In this document: one piece after another, positions 9,544-20,351 of the stretch
Layout: every line of letters starts with the position of its first letter
Position numbering within the stretch: the stretch's first letter is position 1
Source of the DNA: Chryseobacterium gleum
Lineage (GTDB): Bacteria; Bacteroidota; Bacteroidia; UBA10329
Length of the DNA stretch: 64,000 bases
Direction of reading: 5' to 3'
NCBI GenBank assembly: GCA_945903645.1
Contig: CAMDOM010000013.1
Coordinates: 485-64,484, forward strand
The notes under the pieces: generated by a model
What the model saw: only the letters and a program-made list of their open reading frames with translations
Told to the model about the DNA's origin: nothing
The model's database searches: none
Position numbers and translations under genes: made by a program

Positions 9544-10434
9544 CTATTTCTTAAAGAAAGAGCTCACCACTTTGTCTTTACTTCCTGGCGTGTAGGTATA
9601 GAATCCTTGGCCTGTTTTGGCTCCCAGATTGCCAGCAGCAACCATGTTTACGAGCAGCGGACAAGGTGCATATTTCGGATTTCCCAATCCATCATGCAGC
9701 ACGCGGCACACACTTAATACCACATCAAGACCAATGAAATCGGCTAAGTGCAATGGCCCCATAGGATGTGCCATGCCGAGTATCATCACGGTGTCTATTT
9801 CTTCCACACCTGCCACACCATGATAGAGCGTTTCGATGGCTTCGTTTATCATCGGCATTAAAATACGATTGGCCACAAAACCGGGGTAATCATTGGCTTC
9901 TACTGGTATTTTACCCAGCTTGCGCGATAGCTCGAAGATGAGGTCGAGGGTTTCCTGCGAAGTAGAATAGCCGCGAATCACCTCAATCAGTTTCATCACA
10001 GGCACAGGATTCATAAAGTGCATTCCAATCACCTTATCGGCTCGCTTGGTAACTGCCGCAATTTGAGTAATGGAAATGGAAGATGTGTTGGTGGCTAGAA
10101 TGGTGCGCGCTGGGCAAACTTCTTCCAATTGCGCAAAAATCTTCAGTTTCAACGTGATGTTTTCGGTGGCAGCTTCTACTACCAAATCGGCATTCTTAGC
10201 GCCAACGGCAATATCTGTGCAGGTGCTGAGATTGGCAAGTGTAGCTTGCTTTTCGGCCTCTGTTGTAGTGCCTTTGGCTATTAATCGGTCAATGTTTTTG
10301 GCAATGGTAGCCATTCCTTTGTCCAGAGATGCCTGCGAAATATCTGTCAGCACCACGCTAAATCCACTTTGGGCAAATACGTGCGCAATACCATTGCCCA
10401 TGGTGCCTGCGCCTATTACGGTTATGTTTTTCAT
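9544..10434 (-). CDS. hbd: 3-hydroxybutyryl-CoA dehydrogenase (start revised to ATG 10434)
   Basis: VIGAGTMGNGIA Rossmann motif; GMHFMNPVPVM. Confidence 0.92.
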   Translation of the reverse strand: MKNITVIGAGTMGNGIAHVFAQSGFSVVLTDISQASLDKGMATIAKNIDRLIAKGTTTEAEKQATLANLSTCTDIAVGAKNADLVVEAATENITLKLKIFAQLEEVCPARTILATNTSSISITQIAAVTKRADKVIGMHFMNPVPVMKLIEVIRGYSTSQETLDLIFELSRKLGKIPVEANDYPGFVANRILMPMINEAIETLYHGVAGVEEIDTVMILGMAHPMGPLHLADFIGLDVVLSVCRVLHDGLGNPKYAPCPLLVNMVAAGNLGAKTGQGFYTYTPGSKDKVVSSFFKK

Positions 10435-10566
10435 GTCGGTTTTATTTGGCCGCGAAGATAGCTTTCGAGCTGTGCCGCAGTGCAGCGTATTTGGTACATC
10501 AACATGCAATTTGTGTAAAGTGAAGCGCAATTAACTTACTTTGGGCGTCCGTAATCGGAACATGCC

Positions 10567-11727
10567 ATGCAAGTTGCTGAATTGGTTCAGTTAGTTACTA
10601 TGTTGGTTTTTCCAGCTGCCGTTATGGAGTTTGCTAAGCGCAACAAAATGGCGGGGCTCGTTGGTCCAGTTATTCTTTGCTACGCTTTAGGTATTGTGAT
10701 AGGCAATCTGCCCAACTCGCCTGTAATAACCAATGTGAGCCAGAATGTGGCTGAAATAGCCGTACCTATTGCCATTTGCCTTATGCTCCTGTCCACCAAT
10801 TTTGTGAGTTGGTTGCGCTATGCCAAAAAAGCGGTGTTCTCCTTTTCGCTTGCGGTGATTTCAGTTGTGATAGGTTCATTTACGGTAACCTATTTTTTTC
10901 ACGACAACTTTGGCGACCAATTGCAGTTTTGGAAAATGTCTGGGATGCTCATTGGCGTGTACACTGGGGGCACACCCAACCTATCGGCCATTGGCATAGC
11001 GCTAGATGCGGGCAACGAAACTTTTGTGATTCTGAACGCCTGCGACATGGTGCTTAGTAGTATCTATTTGCTGCTTTTGCTAACGGTGGCGCAACGGGTG
11101 GCGCTCAAATTTCTTCCCTCATTTGTGCCAATTCCAACCAACGACAGGGATGAAACCTTTCACTACCAACGCTACCAGAGAAGACTGCCCAAAAAGGCGG
11201 TCGCCCGCTATCTAGCGCTTGCATTTGGTATGGCAGTGGTGTTTTTAGGACTAAGTGTTGGATTTTCTATGCTTGTTGCCAGTAAGATTACTGCACCCAA
11301 TGTTATTTTGGGGGTTACAACCCTCGGCATTGGAGCTTCGTTTTTTAAGCGAGTGCGCTACATACCTCGCACCTACGAGTTTGGCGAATATTTTTTGCTG
11401 GTATTTTGCTTGGGTATTGGTTCTATTTCTAGTGTTAGCGATTTGTTGCAAAGCAGTTGGCTAACCTTCTATTATGTGGCTTGTGTGCTGGTATCGTCCA
11501 TTAGTCTGCATTTCTTGCTGGCGTGGATTTTTAAAGTAGATGCAGATACTACGCTCATCACTTCTGTGGCTGGAATCTTTGGTCCTGCGTTTATTGGCCC
11601 TGTAGCCAGCGTGCTCAAAAACAAAGACATTGTAGTAAGCGGCCTCACCACAGGTTTAGTTGGCTATGCTATTGCCAATTACTTGGGTATAGGAATTGCC
11701 CACTTGTTTCATTGGTTGTTTTATTGA
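10567..11727 (+). CDS. DUF819-like polytopic membrane protein
   Basis: About 10 TM segments; YTGGTPN motif. Confidence 0.75.
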   Translation: MQVAELVQLVTMLVFPAAVMEFAKRNKMAGLVGPVILCYALGIVIGNLPNSPVITNVSQNVAEIAVPIAICLMLLSTNFVSWLRYAKKAVFSFSLAVISVVIGSFTVTYFFHDNFGDQLQFWKMSGMLIGVYTGGTPNLSAIGIALDAGNETFVILNACDMVLSSIYLLLLLTVAQRVALKFLPSFVPIPTNDRDETFHYQRYQRRLPKKAVARYLALAFGMAVVFLGLSVGFSMLVASKITAPNVILGVTTLGIGASFFKRVRYIPRTYEFGEYFLLVFCLGIGSISSVSDLLQSSWLTFYYVACVLVSSISLHFLLAWIFKVDADTTLITSVAGIFGPAFIGPVASVLKNKDIVVSGLTTGLVGYAIANYLGIGIAHLFHWLFY

Positions 11728-11779
11728 TTGCTTACATTACATCGTAGCTAGTACGCGTAGCAACAATTGAAAGCATTAT

Positions 11780-12352
11780 CTAAAACTTAGATTGAATTGT
11801 TTGTGCTTGGTCATTCATTTTAACCCATTGCACGAACATGAGGAAAATGAAAATAGTTGCGATAGTGTTAAAAACATTGTGATGGTCTATAAACTGGTCA
11901 TATCCAGAGCGAATTGTCACGAAACACAAAGCAGTGACCCTCGCTATGTTGATAAGGTGAATTCCAATTATTCCCAAAGGAATAAACCATAGTCTACTTT
12001 TTATTTTCCCGGGAAAAGAAATCACCAGAAATACGAACATTGCCATTAAATCGATGCCAAGGCAAAAATTTCGAATGTGAATATCGATGGGAGTATCGTA
12101 GAGGTCTATGTTTGACCAATTGAACACCTCTGCTTCAAGGCCAAAACCGCGCAAAAGCAATACACCGCCTTCTGTAAGCGTTATCATGGCGTAATGAACA
12201 AAGCGACTGTAGTTGGGGCCAATTATGGGTAAAGTCCAACAGCTGTGCACAAACCATGAAAAATACACAGTTACTAAAATAGCCATCGAAAGCAAAAAGC
12301 GCAGCAGAATTTTTTGGTTTGGAGCTAACGATTTCCAATTTGGTATTTTCAT
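11780..12352 (-). CDS. Exosortase/archaeosortase-family protein
   Basis: TM protein with Cys (FCLG), Arg (NIARV) and His (DHH) triad candidates. Confidence 0.75.
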   Translation of the reverse strand: MKIPNWKSLAPNQKILLRFLLSMAILVTVYFSWFVHSCWTLPIIGPNYSRFVHYAMITLTEGGVLLLRGFGLEAEVFNWSNIDLYDTPIDIHIRNFCLGIDLMAMFVFLVISFPGKIKSRLWFIPLGIIGIHLINIARVTALCFVTIRSGYDQFIDHHNVFNTIATIFIFLMFVQWVKMNDQAQTIQSKF

Positions 12353-12364
12353 TCTGTAGTTACG

Positions 12365-13189
12365 TTAAACCATTAGCAATCGGATATCTTCGGCCACTGA
12401 TGTAGTAGTTAAATTATGGGCTTTGTCCAATAAAATTACTCGAACTTTTCCTTCGGAAACCGCATCAAGTTTTCGGGCAAGCGATGGTCGAATAATTTTA
12501 TCGTGCTTTCCGAAAATCAATGTCGTTTTTATGTTGTACCGATGAATTTTGCTTCGAATATCTACCAAATCAGGCGTGATTAGCCGAAATGCCCGCCAAA
12601 CCTTATAAATCCGTTCGCGATTGGTTCGGGATTCCAATTGCTGGCGAATAAACAATTCAATTTTAGCATCTAGTAAACGGATGTTAGCTAGGAGTTTAGC
12701 AGTTGCCAAAACACGACTTGGATTTGTAATTACTCTCCCGTAGAGGTACTTCCCGATTTTTGTATTGGCTGTAAACCGATACAATGGATTTATTTTCAAT
12801 CCATCTGGAGCGATTAGAATCATTTCTACAATTCGTCCAGGCGCCAATTCCACCAATTTAAGAGCAAGTTTACCTCCCAAACTAAATGCAAGAATGGAGC
12901 ATTTTTTTTGGTCTGTAACTTTTAAAATATGACCAATCAGTTCCACCAATTCTGACGGTTTTAGTGATTCCTTGCCTAGAACTGTGTCGCCATGATGTGG
13001 CAAATCGAAATGAATTGCTCGCACGTTAGGTCGAAAATGATGCATGAAATGCGCCATTACTTCCGCACTTTGTCCGTAACCGTGAAAAGTTACCCAAAGG
13101 TCCTCACCTTGGCCAGTTTCCACGTAGCTCCAAGTGGCTTTGCCAACTACCAGTTTTTTTCGTTCGTGTGATGTAGATAAGGTGTTCAA
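12365..13189 (-). CDS. Alpha/beta hydrolase
   Basis: FHGYG, AFSLGG nucleophile elbow, GKHD, C-terminal His. Confidence 0.85.
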   Translation of the reverse strand: MNTLSTSHERKKLVVGKATWSYVETGQGEDLWVTFHGYGQSAEVMAHFMHHFRPNVRAIHFDLPHHGDTVLGKESLKPSELVELIGHILKVTDQKKCSILAFSLGGKLALKLVELAPGRIVEMILIAPDGLKINPLYRFTANTKIGKYLYGRVITNPSRVLATAKLLANIRLLDAKIELFIRQQLESRTNRERIYKVWRAFRLITPDLVDIRSKIHRYNIKTTLIFGKHDKIIRPSLARKLDAVSEGKVRVILLDKAHNLTTTSVAEDIRLLMV

Positions 13190-13307
13190 AAAAAGCAGGT
13201 ATTTCCGCCAAAGGTACTACGTGTAGGATTGTACTTTCGCAGGGTTTAAATGGGAGGATTATCTCAGCCATATTTCTTTAGAATTCAAGCTAAATTAGAC
13301 CTTATCT

Positions 13308-16124
13308 ATGCCCAAAGATTTCTCCATTAAATCAGTATTAATTATTGGTAGCGGCCCCATTGTTATTGGCCAAGCGTGCGAATTTGATTATGCTGGGTCT
13401 CAAGCGGCACGTTCGTTGCGCGAAGAGGGAATTGAGGTGACTCTAATCAATTCCAACCCAGCTACAATTATGACCGATAAGGTAACTGCAGACAATATTT
13501 ATCTGCTGCCTTTGGAGCCAAAAAGCATCATCAAAATTCTAGAATCGCACAAAATTGATTGTGTATTGCCAACAATGGGTGGGCAAACGGCACTCAATTT
13601 AGCTATCAAGTGCAAAGAAATGGGCATTTGGGCAAAGTATGGCGTTCGTATGGTTGGGGTTGATGTTGAAGCTATCGAGATTACTGAAGATCGAGAGAAG
13701 TTCCGGAAATTGATGGAGAAAATTGGTGTTGGCATGGCACCTCAGGCAACAGCAAAGTCCTTTTTGGAAGGAAAGGAAGTGGCGCAACGCTTCGGGTTTC
13801 CGTTATGTATACGCGCTTCATTTACGTTGGGTGGAGCAGGGGCAAGTATTGTTCATGACCCAGCTGAATTCGACAAACTTCTTAATCGTGGATTGCAACT
13901 TTCACCTATTCACGAGGTGATGATTGACAAAGCGCTTTTGGGCTGGAAAGAATTTGAGCTTGAATTGTTACGTGATGCCAATGACAATGTGGTTATCATT
14001 TGCTCCATCGAGAATTTCGACCCGATGGGCATTCACACAGGCGATAGTATCACAGTTGCTCCAGCAATGACGTTGAGCGATAAAACGTATCAACGAATGC
14101 GCGACATGGCTATTCTGATGATGCGGTCTATTGGAAATTTTGCTGGTGGTTGTAACGTTCAATTCGCAGTGAGTCCAGATGAAAATGAGGATATAATTGC
14201 CATAGAGATTAACCCAAGGGTTAGTCGTTCATCTGCATTGGCTTCGAAAGCCACGGGTTATCCAATTGCTAAAATTGCCTCTAAGTTGGCCATTGGCTAC
14301 CACTTGGACGAATTGGAGAATCAAATCACCAAGACAACTTCAGCCTTTTTTGAGCCAACACTTGACTATGTAATTGTGAAAATTCCACGTTGGAATTTTG
14401 ATAAGTTTAAAGGAAGCGATCGCAGACTGGGTTTGCAAATGAAGAGTGTGGGTGAGGTAATGGGCATTGGTCGTACTTTTCAGGAAGCGCTTCAAAAGGC
14501 TTGTCAATCGCTCGAAATAAAACGCAATGGTTTGGGTGCCGATGGCAAGGAATTACGAGATCAGCAGCAAATTCTGCACAGCCTTGGCAATGCAAGTTGG
14601 AACAGACTATTTCATGTCTATGATGCTTTCAAAATGGGCATTGCGCTCAAAACCATACAATCAATTACGAAAATTGATAAGTGGTTTTTAGAGCAAATTC
14701 AGGAGCTGATAGCGCTAGAGGAGGAGATTAGTCGGCATAGGTTAGAAACGCTTCCTCGCGAATTGCTTTATGAAGCAAAACAGAAGGGATATGCCGACCG
14801 ACAGATTGCGCATTTACTGAACTGTTGGGAAAGTGAAGTTTTTAATCGAAGGCAAGATCAGGGAATTCAGCGTGTATATAAACTTGTAGATACTTGCGCA
14901 GCTGAATTCCCAGCCCAAACCCCCTATTACTATTCCACATTTGAGGACGAAAACGAAAGTGTAAGATCCGAGAAAAAGAAGATTGTAGTGCTTGGGAGCG
15001 GGCCAAATCGAATTGGTCAGGGTATTGAATTCGACTATTCATGTGTACATGGCGTGCTGGCTGCCAAAGAGTGTGGCTATGAAACCATCATGATTAACTG
15101 CAATCCCGAAACGGTGAGCACGGATTTCGATACATCCGACAAGCTCTATTTTGAGCCGGTGTTTTGGGAACACATCTACGACATCATTCTACACGAAAAA
15201 CCAGAAGGTGTTATTGTGCAATTGGGAGGGCAAACAGCTTTGAAGCTTGCCGAAAAGCTGGAGCGCTATGGTATCAAGATTATTGGAACAGATTTCCAAA
15301 GCTTGGATTTGGCAGAAGATCGCGGAAGGTTCTCTAATCTTCTCAAAGAGTACAATATTCCGTATCCCAAATTTGGAGTGGCCGAAGATGCGGATACAGC
15401 CATAAAACTCTCACGAGAACTTGGATTTCCAATGCTAGTGCGTCCAAGCTATGTGCTTGGAGGTCAAAGTATGAAAATAGTTATTAATGAGCAAGAGCTT
15501 GAAGAACACGTAGTTAATCTCCTGAAAGACTTGCCGGGTAACAGAATATTGTTGGACAACTTTCTGGAGAATGCCATAGAAGCCGAAGCAGATGCAATTT
15601 GTGATGGTGAAGACGTATACATCATCGGAATTATGGAGCATATTGAGCCTGCGGGTATTCACTCAGGCGATTCGTATGCCGTGTTGCCTCCGTTCGATTT
15701 GAGCCAGAATGTGATGAATTTAATAGATCAATACACGCGAACTATTGCGGTAGCACTCAAAACAGTTGGACTAATTAATATCCAATTTGCGGTGAAAGAT
15801 GAAGTGGTTTACATCATCGAAGCCAACCCACGTGCATCGCGCACTGTGCCGTTCATTGCCAAGGCTTATGATGAACCTTATGTGAACTATGCCACCAAAG
15901 TAATGCTACGCGAAAAGAAGGTGAAAGACTTCAACTTTAATCCACGAAAGAAGGGTTACGCCATCAAAATACCAGTGTTTAGCTACGAAAAGTTCCCAGA
16001 TGTAACTAAAGAACTCGGTCCAGAAATGAAATCAACAGGTGAAGCAATCCGCTTTATTGACGACCTTCACGATGAGTTTTTTCAAGAAGTGTACTCCGAG
16101 CGTAACCTCTACCTTAGCCGCTAA
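13308..16124 (+). CDS. carB: Carbamoyl-phosphate synthase large subunit
   Basis: IGSGPIVIGQACEFDYAG, duplicated ATP-grasp domains, IEINPRVSRSS. Confidence 0.97.
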   Translation: MPKDFSIKSVLIIGSGPIVIGQACEFDYAGSQAARSLREEGIEVTLINSNPATIMTDKVTADNIYLLPLEPKSIIKILESHKIDCVLPTMGGQTALNLAIKCKEMGIWAKYGVRMVGVDVEAIEITEDREKFRKLMEKIGVGMAPQATAKSFLEGKEVAQRFGFPLCIRASFTLGGAGASIVHDPAEFDKLLNRGLQLSPIHEVMIDKALLGWKEFELELLRDANDNVVIICSIENFDPMGIHTGDSITVAPAMTLSDKTYQRMRDMAILMMRSIGNFAGGCNVQFAVSPDENEDIIAIEINPRVSRSSALASKATGYPIAKIASKLAIGYHLDELENQITKTTSAFFEPTLDYVIVKIPRWNFDKFKGSDRRLGLQMKSVGEVMGIGRTFQEALQKACQSLEIKRNGLGADGKELRDQQQILHSLGNASWNRLFHVYDAFKMGIALKTIQSITKIDKWFLEQIQELIALEEEISRHRLETLPRELLYEAKQKGYADRQIAHLLNCWESEVFNRRQDQGIQRVYKLVDTCAAEFPAQTPYYYSTFEDENESVRSEKKKIVVLGSGPNRIGQGIEFDYSCVHGVLAAKECGYETIMINCNPETVSTDFDTSDKLYFEPVFWEHIYDIILHEKPEGVIVQLGGQTALKLAEKLERYGIKIIGTDFQSLDLAEDRGRFSNLLKEYNIPYPKFGVAEDADTAIKLSRELGFPMLVRPSYVLGGQSMKIVINEQELEEHVVNLLKDLPGNRILLDNFLENAIEAEADAICDGEDVYIIGIMEHIEPAGIHSGDSYAVLPPFDLSQNVMNLIDQYTRTIAVALKTVGLINIQFAVKDEVVYIIEANPRASRTVPFIAKAYDEPYVNYATKVMLREKKVKDFNFNPRKKGYAIKIPVFSYEKFPDVTKELGPEMKSTGEAIRFIDDLHDEFFQEVYSERNLYLSR

Positions 16125-16135
16125 TACCTCTATCG

Positions 16136-16414
16136 ATGACTGGACTTCTAAAAACTATTCTGTTCTTACTAGTGCTTTACTATGCATGGAAACTGATGTT
16201 CAGACTGATGTTCCCCGTGGTGTTGAAAAAAGCAACAGAGAAGGCCCAACGCTCTATGAATGAGCGAATGCAGCAGGCTTTTGAGCAGCAGCAAAACCAA
16301 GGTAGGACCCAATTCGAAGGCGATATAACCATTAAAAGAGGTGCGGAAAAAGCACCTTCAGTGGCTAAAAATGATGGCGAATATGTAGAGTATGTGGAAG
16401 TTAAAGACAAGTAA
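16136..16414 (+). CDS. DUF4834-like small membrane protein
   Basis: N-terminal TM segment; C-terminal GEYVEYVEVK. Confidence 0.75.
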   Translation: MTGLLKTILFLLVLYYAWKLMFRLMFPVVLKKATEKAQRSMNERMQQAFEQQQNQGRTQFEGDITIKRGAEKAPSVAKNDGEYVEYVEVKDK

Positions 16415-16504
16415 TTCAAGTTATTATCATCTCAATTCTCACCTTTTACATTACGTTAATTTCCTTCTTGGTCTCGTGATTTCTAATCTTTCAAATTCAT
16501 CTAA

Positions 16505-18928
16505 ATGAGTTCTAAATTGAAAAGCCTTCTTCCTCACTTTTTGGTGTTGCTGTCGTTCATGGCGCTTTCGCTAATGTACATGCAACCGTTGTTGGAGGGC
16601 AAAGAACTGATGCAATCGGATATCATTCAGTTTAAGGGAATGAGTCAAGAAATTGTTGAATTCAGGGAAGAAACAGGAGAGGAACCACTTTGGACAAACT
16701 CGATGTTTGGAGGAATGCCAGCCTATCAAATCTCTGTGCTTTATCCCAATAACTGGAGCAAAAAACTGCTTGACATTTGCAATCTAGGTTTGCCTCGTCC
16801 AGCCAATTATTTGTTTCTGCTCATGGCAGGAGCTTATTTTCTATTTATTGTTCTTGGAATGGGATGGAGGTATGCGCTGGTTGGGGCATTTGGGGTGGCT
16901 TTTGCTTCTTTTTCGGTAATTGTGATTGAAGTGGGGCACAACTCTCAGATACACGCGATTTCATTCATGGCTCCAGTTCTAGGCAGTATTCTTCTGGCCT
17001 ACAGAGGAGTGTATCTGCTCGGTGCGGCCCTCACTGCGCTGTTTCTTTCTCTTCAGATCGCTACGAATCACCTCCAGATTACCTACTACCTTCTGATGAT
17101 TGTGCTGCTGCTGGGTCTAGTTAAGCTCATTGAGGCGGTGAAACAGGGACAATTGCCACATTTCGCCAAGGCCACAGGCATTTTGGTCATCGGGGCTTTG
17201 GTTGCCATTGGGCCCAATATCTCAGCTCTCTGGACCACCGCAGATTATGGTGCCGAGACCATTCGTGGAAAATCTGAGTTGAGCACTATGCAGGAAAGCA
17301 GCGGTCTGGATAAGTTTTACGCTACGCGTTGGAGCTATGGGGTTGCTGAAACCTTCACCATCCTAATTCCAAACTTTATGGGAGGAAGTTCATCCGCCAG
17401 CTTAACCGAAGAATCGAGTGTTTATGATGCGCTCACAGAAAACCGCATTCCGAAGCCACAAGCACGCGATATCATTTCAAACATGCCGCTCTATTTTGGC
17501 ACGCAGCCGTTTACATCTGGCCCTGTGTATCTCGGAGCAATCATTTGTTTGTTAGCCATGCTCGGTTTGCTGCTTTCTAAGGGAATGGACAGATGGTGGT
17601 TGCTGGCTGCTTTCGTACTTTCGTTAGTGCTTTCTTGGGGGCACAACTTTGCACCAGTCACCGATTTCTTCTTCGATTATGTGCCAGGCTACAACAAGTT
17701 TAGAGCGGTGAGTATGACGCTGGTAATTGCCCAAGTGGTGTTGCCAGTTCTCGCAGTTTTTGGCCTGAAAGCAGTTCTAGAGTTGCAAAACAAAGAACTC
17801 CTTAAACGTAACTTGGGCGTAGCATTCGGCATTGTTGGTGGTTTGTGCCTTTTGTTTGCTCTTATCCCCACGTTATTCTCCGATTTTACGTCTACCAACG
17901 ATGCACAACTTCTAAAGTCGGGCTATCCAGATTGGTTGGTAAATGCACTTGTAGAAGATCGCGAATCTATTTTTCAATCAGATGCGCTGCGTTCTTTAGT
18001 GCTGGTTTCATTGGCAAGCGGTTTATTGTTTCTTGCTGGTTTAGGAAAGCTGAAAGCTCCCCTAGTTGCGATGTTGATATCTGGATTGGTGCTCGTGGAC
18101 CTTTGGCAAGTGGACAAACGCTATTTGCATAATGACGATTTCGTGAGTGCACGACAAGGTAAAGCTGCGTTTGCTCCAAGTCCAGCCAATCAGCAAATTC
18201 TTGCCGATACTGACCCCAATTTCCGTGTGTTAAACCTAACTGTGAGCACTTTCAACGATGCTTCTACATCATATCATCACAAAAGTATTGGGGGCTACCA
18301 CGGAGCCAAACTCAAGCGCTACCAAGAGTTGATAGATTCGTGTATTAGCAGAAATAATATGCAAGTGCTGAATATGCTCAATACCAAGTATGTTATCATG
18401 CGTGGTGAGCAAGGACCTCAAGTGCGCCCCAATCCATTGGCTTTGGGTAACGCGTGGTTTGTGGACAAGTTTGTGGTAGTTCAAAATGCCGATGAAGAAT
18501 TGGCTGCTTTGAATATGCCCGATTTTGAAGCGCGTAAAACTGCAATTATTGATAAACGGTATTCAGCTCAATTGCTTGATTTTCAAGTACAATTGGATTC
18601 TAATGCAACTATTGCATTAACGGACTACAAGCCGAACTACCTGAAGTATTCAAGCAAATCTAATGGGGCAAGCTTGGCGATTTTCTCCGAAATTTATTTT
18701 GAAAATGGCTGGAACGCCTATGTTGATGGCGAGCTTAAACCGCATTTCCGGGCCAATTATGTGTTGCGTGGAATGACCCTTCCACAGGGTGAACATACCA
18801 TAGAATTCAAGTTCGAACCAAAAGTATATGCCACTGGAGAACAGTATTCTTTGCTTGGATCCGTATTCTTAATAGTCTTTGTTGGTGGAGGAATATTCTT
18901 CGGTTTGCGCGAGAAAAAAGCAGCTTAG
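16505..18928 (+). CDS. YfhO-family (GT-C-like) membrane protein
   Basis: WTNSMFGGMPAY, SIGGYHGAKL, FSEIYF..GW, many TM segments. Confidence 0.85.
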   Translation: MSSKLKSLLPHFLVLLSFMALSLMYMQPLLEGKELMQSDIIQFKGMSQEIVEFREETGEEPLWTNSMFGGMPAYQISVLYPNNWSKKLLDICNLGLPRPANYLFLLMAGAYFLFIVLGMGWRYALVGAFGVAFASFSVIVIEVGHNSQIHAISFMAPVLGSILLAYRGVYLLGAALTALFLSLQIATNHLQITYYLLMIVLLLGLVKLIEAVKQGQLPHFAKATGILVIGALVAIGPNISALWTTADYGAETIRGKSELSTMQESSGLDKFYATRWSYGVAETFTILIPNFMGGSSSASLTEESSVYDALTENRIPKPQARDIISNMPLYFGTQPFTSGPVYLGAIICLLAMLGLLLSKGMDRWWLLAAFVLSLVLSWGHNFAPVTDFFFDYVPGYNKFRAVSMTLVIAQVVLPVLAVFGLKAVLELQNKELLKRNLGVAFGIVGGLCLLFALIPTLFSDFTSTNDAQLLKSGYPDWLVNALVEDRESIFQSDALRSLVLVSLASGLLFLAGLGKLKAPLVAMLISGLVLVDLWQVDKRYLHNDDFVSARQGKAAFAPSPANQQILADTDPNFRVLNLTVSTFNDASTSYHHKSIGGYHGAKLKRYQELIDSCISRNNMQVLNMLNTKYVIMRGEQGPQVRPNPLALGNAWFVDKFVVVQNADEELAALNMPDFEARKTAIIDKRYSAQLLDFQVQLDSNATIALTDYKPNYLKYSSKSNGASLAIFSEIYFENGWNAYVDGELKPHFRANYVLRGMTLPQGEHTIEFKFEPKVYATGEQYSLLGSVFLIVFVGGGIFFGLREKKAA

Positions 18929-18977
18929 CGAAAAGTATATTCGGAATCTAACCATCTCATTCTTGTGATTTTTTCCA

Positions 18978-20186
18978 ATGAAAGATGCCTTTATAATTGA
19001 TGCCATTCGCACACCGATTGGAAGTTTTGGCGGCAGTTTAGCACCTGTGCGTGCAGATGATTTAGCTGCAATTCCGCTGAAAGCATTGCTGCTTAGGAAT
19101 CCAAACCTAGACCCATCTGCAATAGAAGATGTTATTTTGGGTAGCGCAAACCAAGCTGGCGAAGACAATCGCAATGTGGCGCGGATGGCGCTGCTTTTAG
19201 CTGGATATCCTGTAACGGTTGGAGGTGAAACTGTAAATCGTTTGTGTGCCTCTGGAATGGCGGCTACGGTGCAAGCAGCGCATGCCCTTCAAACGGGCAA
19301 TGGCGATGTGTATATCAGCGGTGGAACGGAACACATGACGCGTGGACCATGGGTCATTTCTAAAGCCAGCACTCCATTTGGACGCGATGCCGAAATGCAC
19401 GATACAAGTTTCGGGTGGCGTTTCATCAATCCTATGATGAAGGAATTGTATGGCACAGATGCCATGGGCGTAACAGCTGAAAATCTTGTAGAATTGTATG
19501 GAATCGAACGCGAGGCGCAAGATCAATTTTCACTTTGGTCGCAAACCAAAGCCACTGCTGCCCAAGCCAACGGTCGATTGGCAGAGGAAATAACTGCTGT
19601 CACGATTCCATCGCGCAAGGGCAATGCTATGGTGTTTGCTCAAGATGAATTCATTAAGTCAAACACAACGCTAGAAGGTTTAGGCAAATTGCGACCAGCT
19701 TTCAAGAAAGAAAGTGGTTCGGTAACGGCTGGAAATAGTTCGGGGCTAAATGACGGAGCAGCGGCAATTCTCATGGCTTCAACTCAAGGAATTAAAGACC
19801 ATAACCTAAAACCGTTGGCACGCTTCGTTTCTTCAGCGGTGGCTGGAGTAGAACCTCGAATTATGGGCATCGGTCCAGTGCATGCATCCAAAAAAGCACT
19901 GCAACGCGCAGGATTGACGCTCAACGACATGGATATTATTGAGTTGAATGAAGCATTTGCCGCGCAAGTGCTTTCTTGTACGCGTAAATGGTGTATTCCC
20001 GACAACGATTCTCGATTGAACCCGAACGGTGGCGCCATTGCTATTGGTCATCCGCTTGGAATGAGCGGTGCACGCCTTATCCAAACTGCTACTTTAGAAT
20101 TGCAAAAGCAACAAAAACGATATGCGTTAATTACTTTGTGCATTGGAGTTGGGCAAGGATATGCCACTATAATCGAACGGTGCTAA
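18978..20186 (+). CDS. Acetyl-CoA C-acyltransferase (PcaF/PaaJ-like thiolase)
   Basis: NRLCASG, NEAFA, GHPLG, LCIGVGQG. Confidence 0.92.
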   Translation: MKDAFIIDAIRTPIGSFGGSLAPVRADDLAAIPLKALLLRNPNLDPSAIEDVILGSANQAGEDNRNVARMALLLAGYPVTVGGETVNRLCASGMAATVQAAHALQTGNGDVYISGGTEHMTRGPWVISKASTPFGRDAEMHDTSFGWRFINPMMKELYGTDAMGVTAENLVELYGIEREAQDQFSLWSQTKATAAQANGRLAEEITAVTIPSRKGNAMVFAQDEFIKSNTTLEGLGKLRPAFKKESGSVTAGNSSGLNDGAAAILMASTQGIKDHNLKPLARFVSSAVAGVEPRIMGIGPVHASKKALQRAGLTLNDMDIIELNEAFAAQVLSCTRKWCIPDNDSRLNPNGGAIAIGHPLGMSGARLIQTATLELQKQQKRYALITLCIGVGQGYATIIERC

Positions 20187-20236
20187 TGTAGTTTGAGTAT
20201 AGGAGTCGGATAGCTGAAATTACACCATCAAAGTCC

Positions 20237-20290
20237 TAACCGCATTTAACATTCCCATAACTCATTCGTTACTCAACCATAAAGATTAAG
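20237..20290 (+). promoter_or_regulatory. Phased TAAC-like direct repeats upstream of the lipoprotein-TBDR pair (candidate response-regulator site)
   Basis: TAAC 20237, TAAC 20247, TAAC 20258, TTAC 20269, TAAA 20280; 10-11 bp period. Confidence 0.4.
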
Positions 20291-20351
20291 GTAGTTGGCC
20301 TTAATACAGTGAGCGTTCTTTTGCCGCAACCAAAACGCAAAACAAAACGCG

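Noticed and set aside
13308-16124. CarB shorter than the E. coli type, apparently lacking the MGS domain, as a possible truncation
   Set aside because: Clean ORF end; short CarB forms are, to my knowledge, normal in Bacteroidota.
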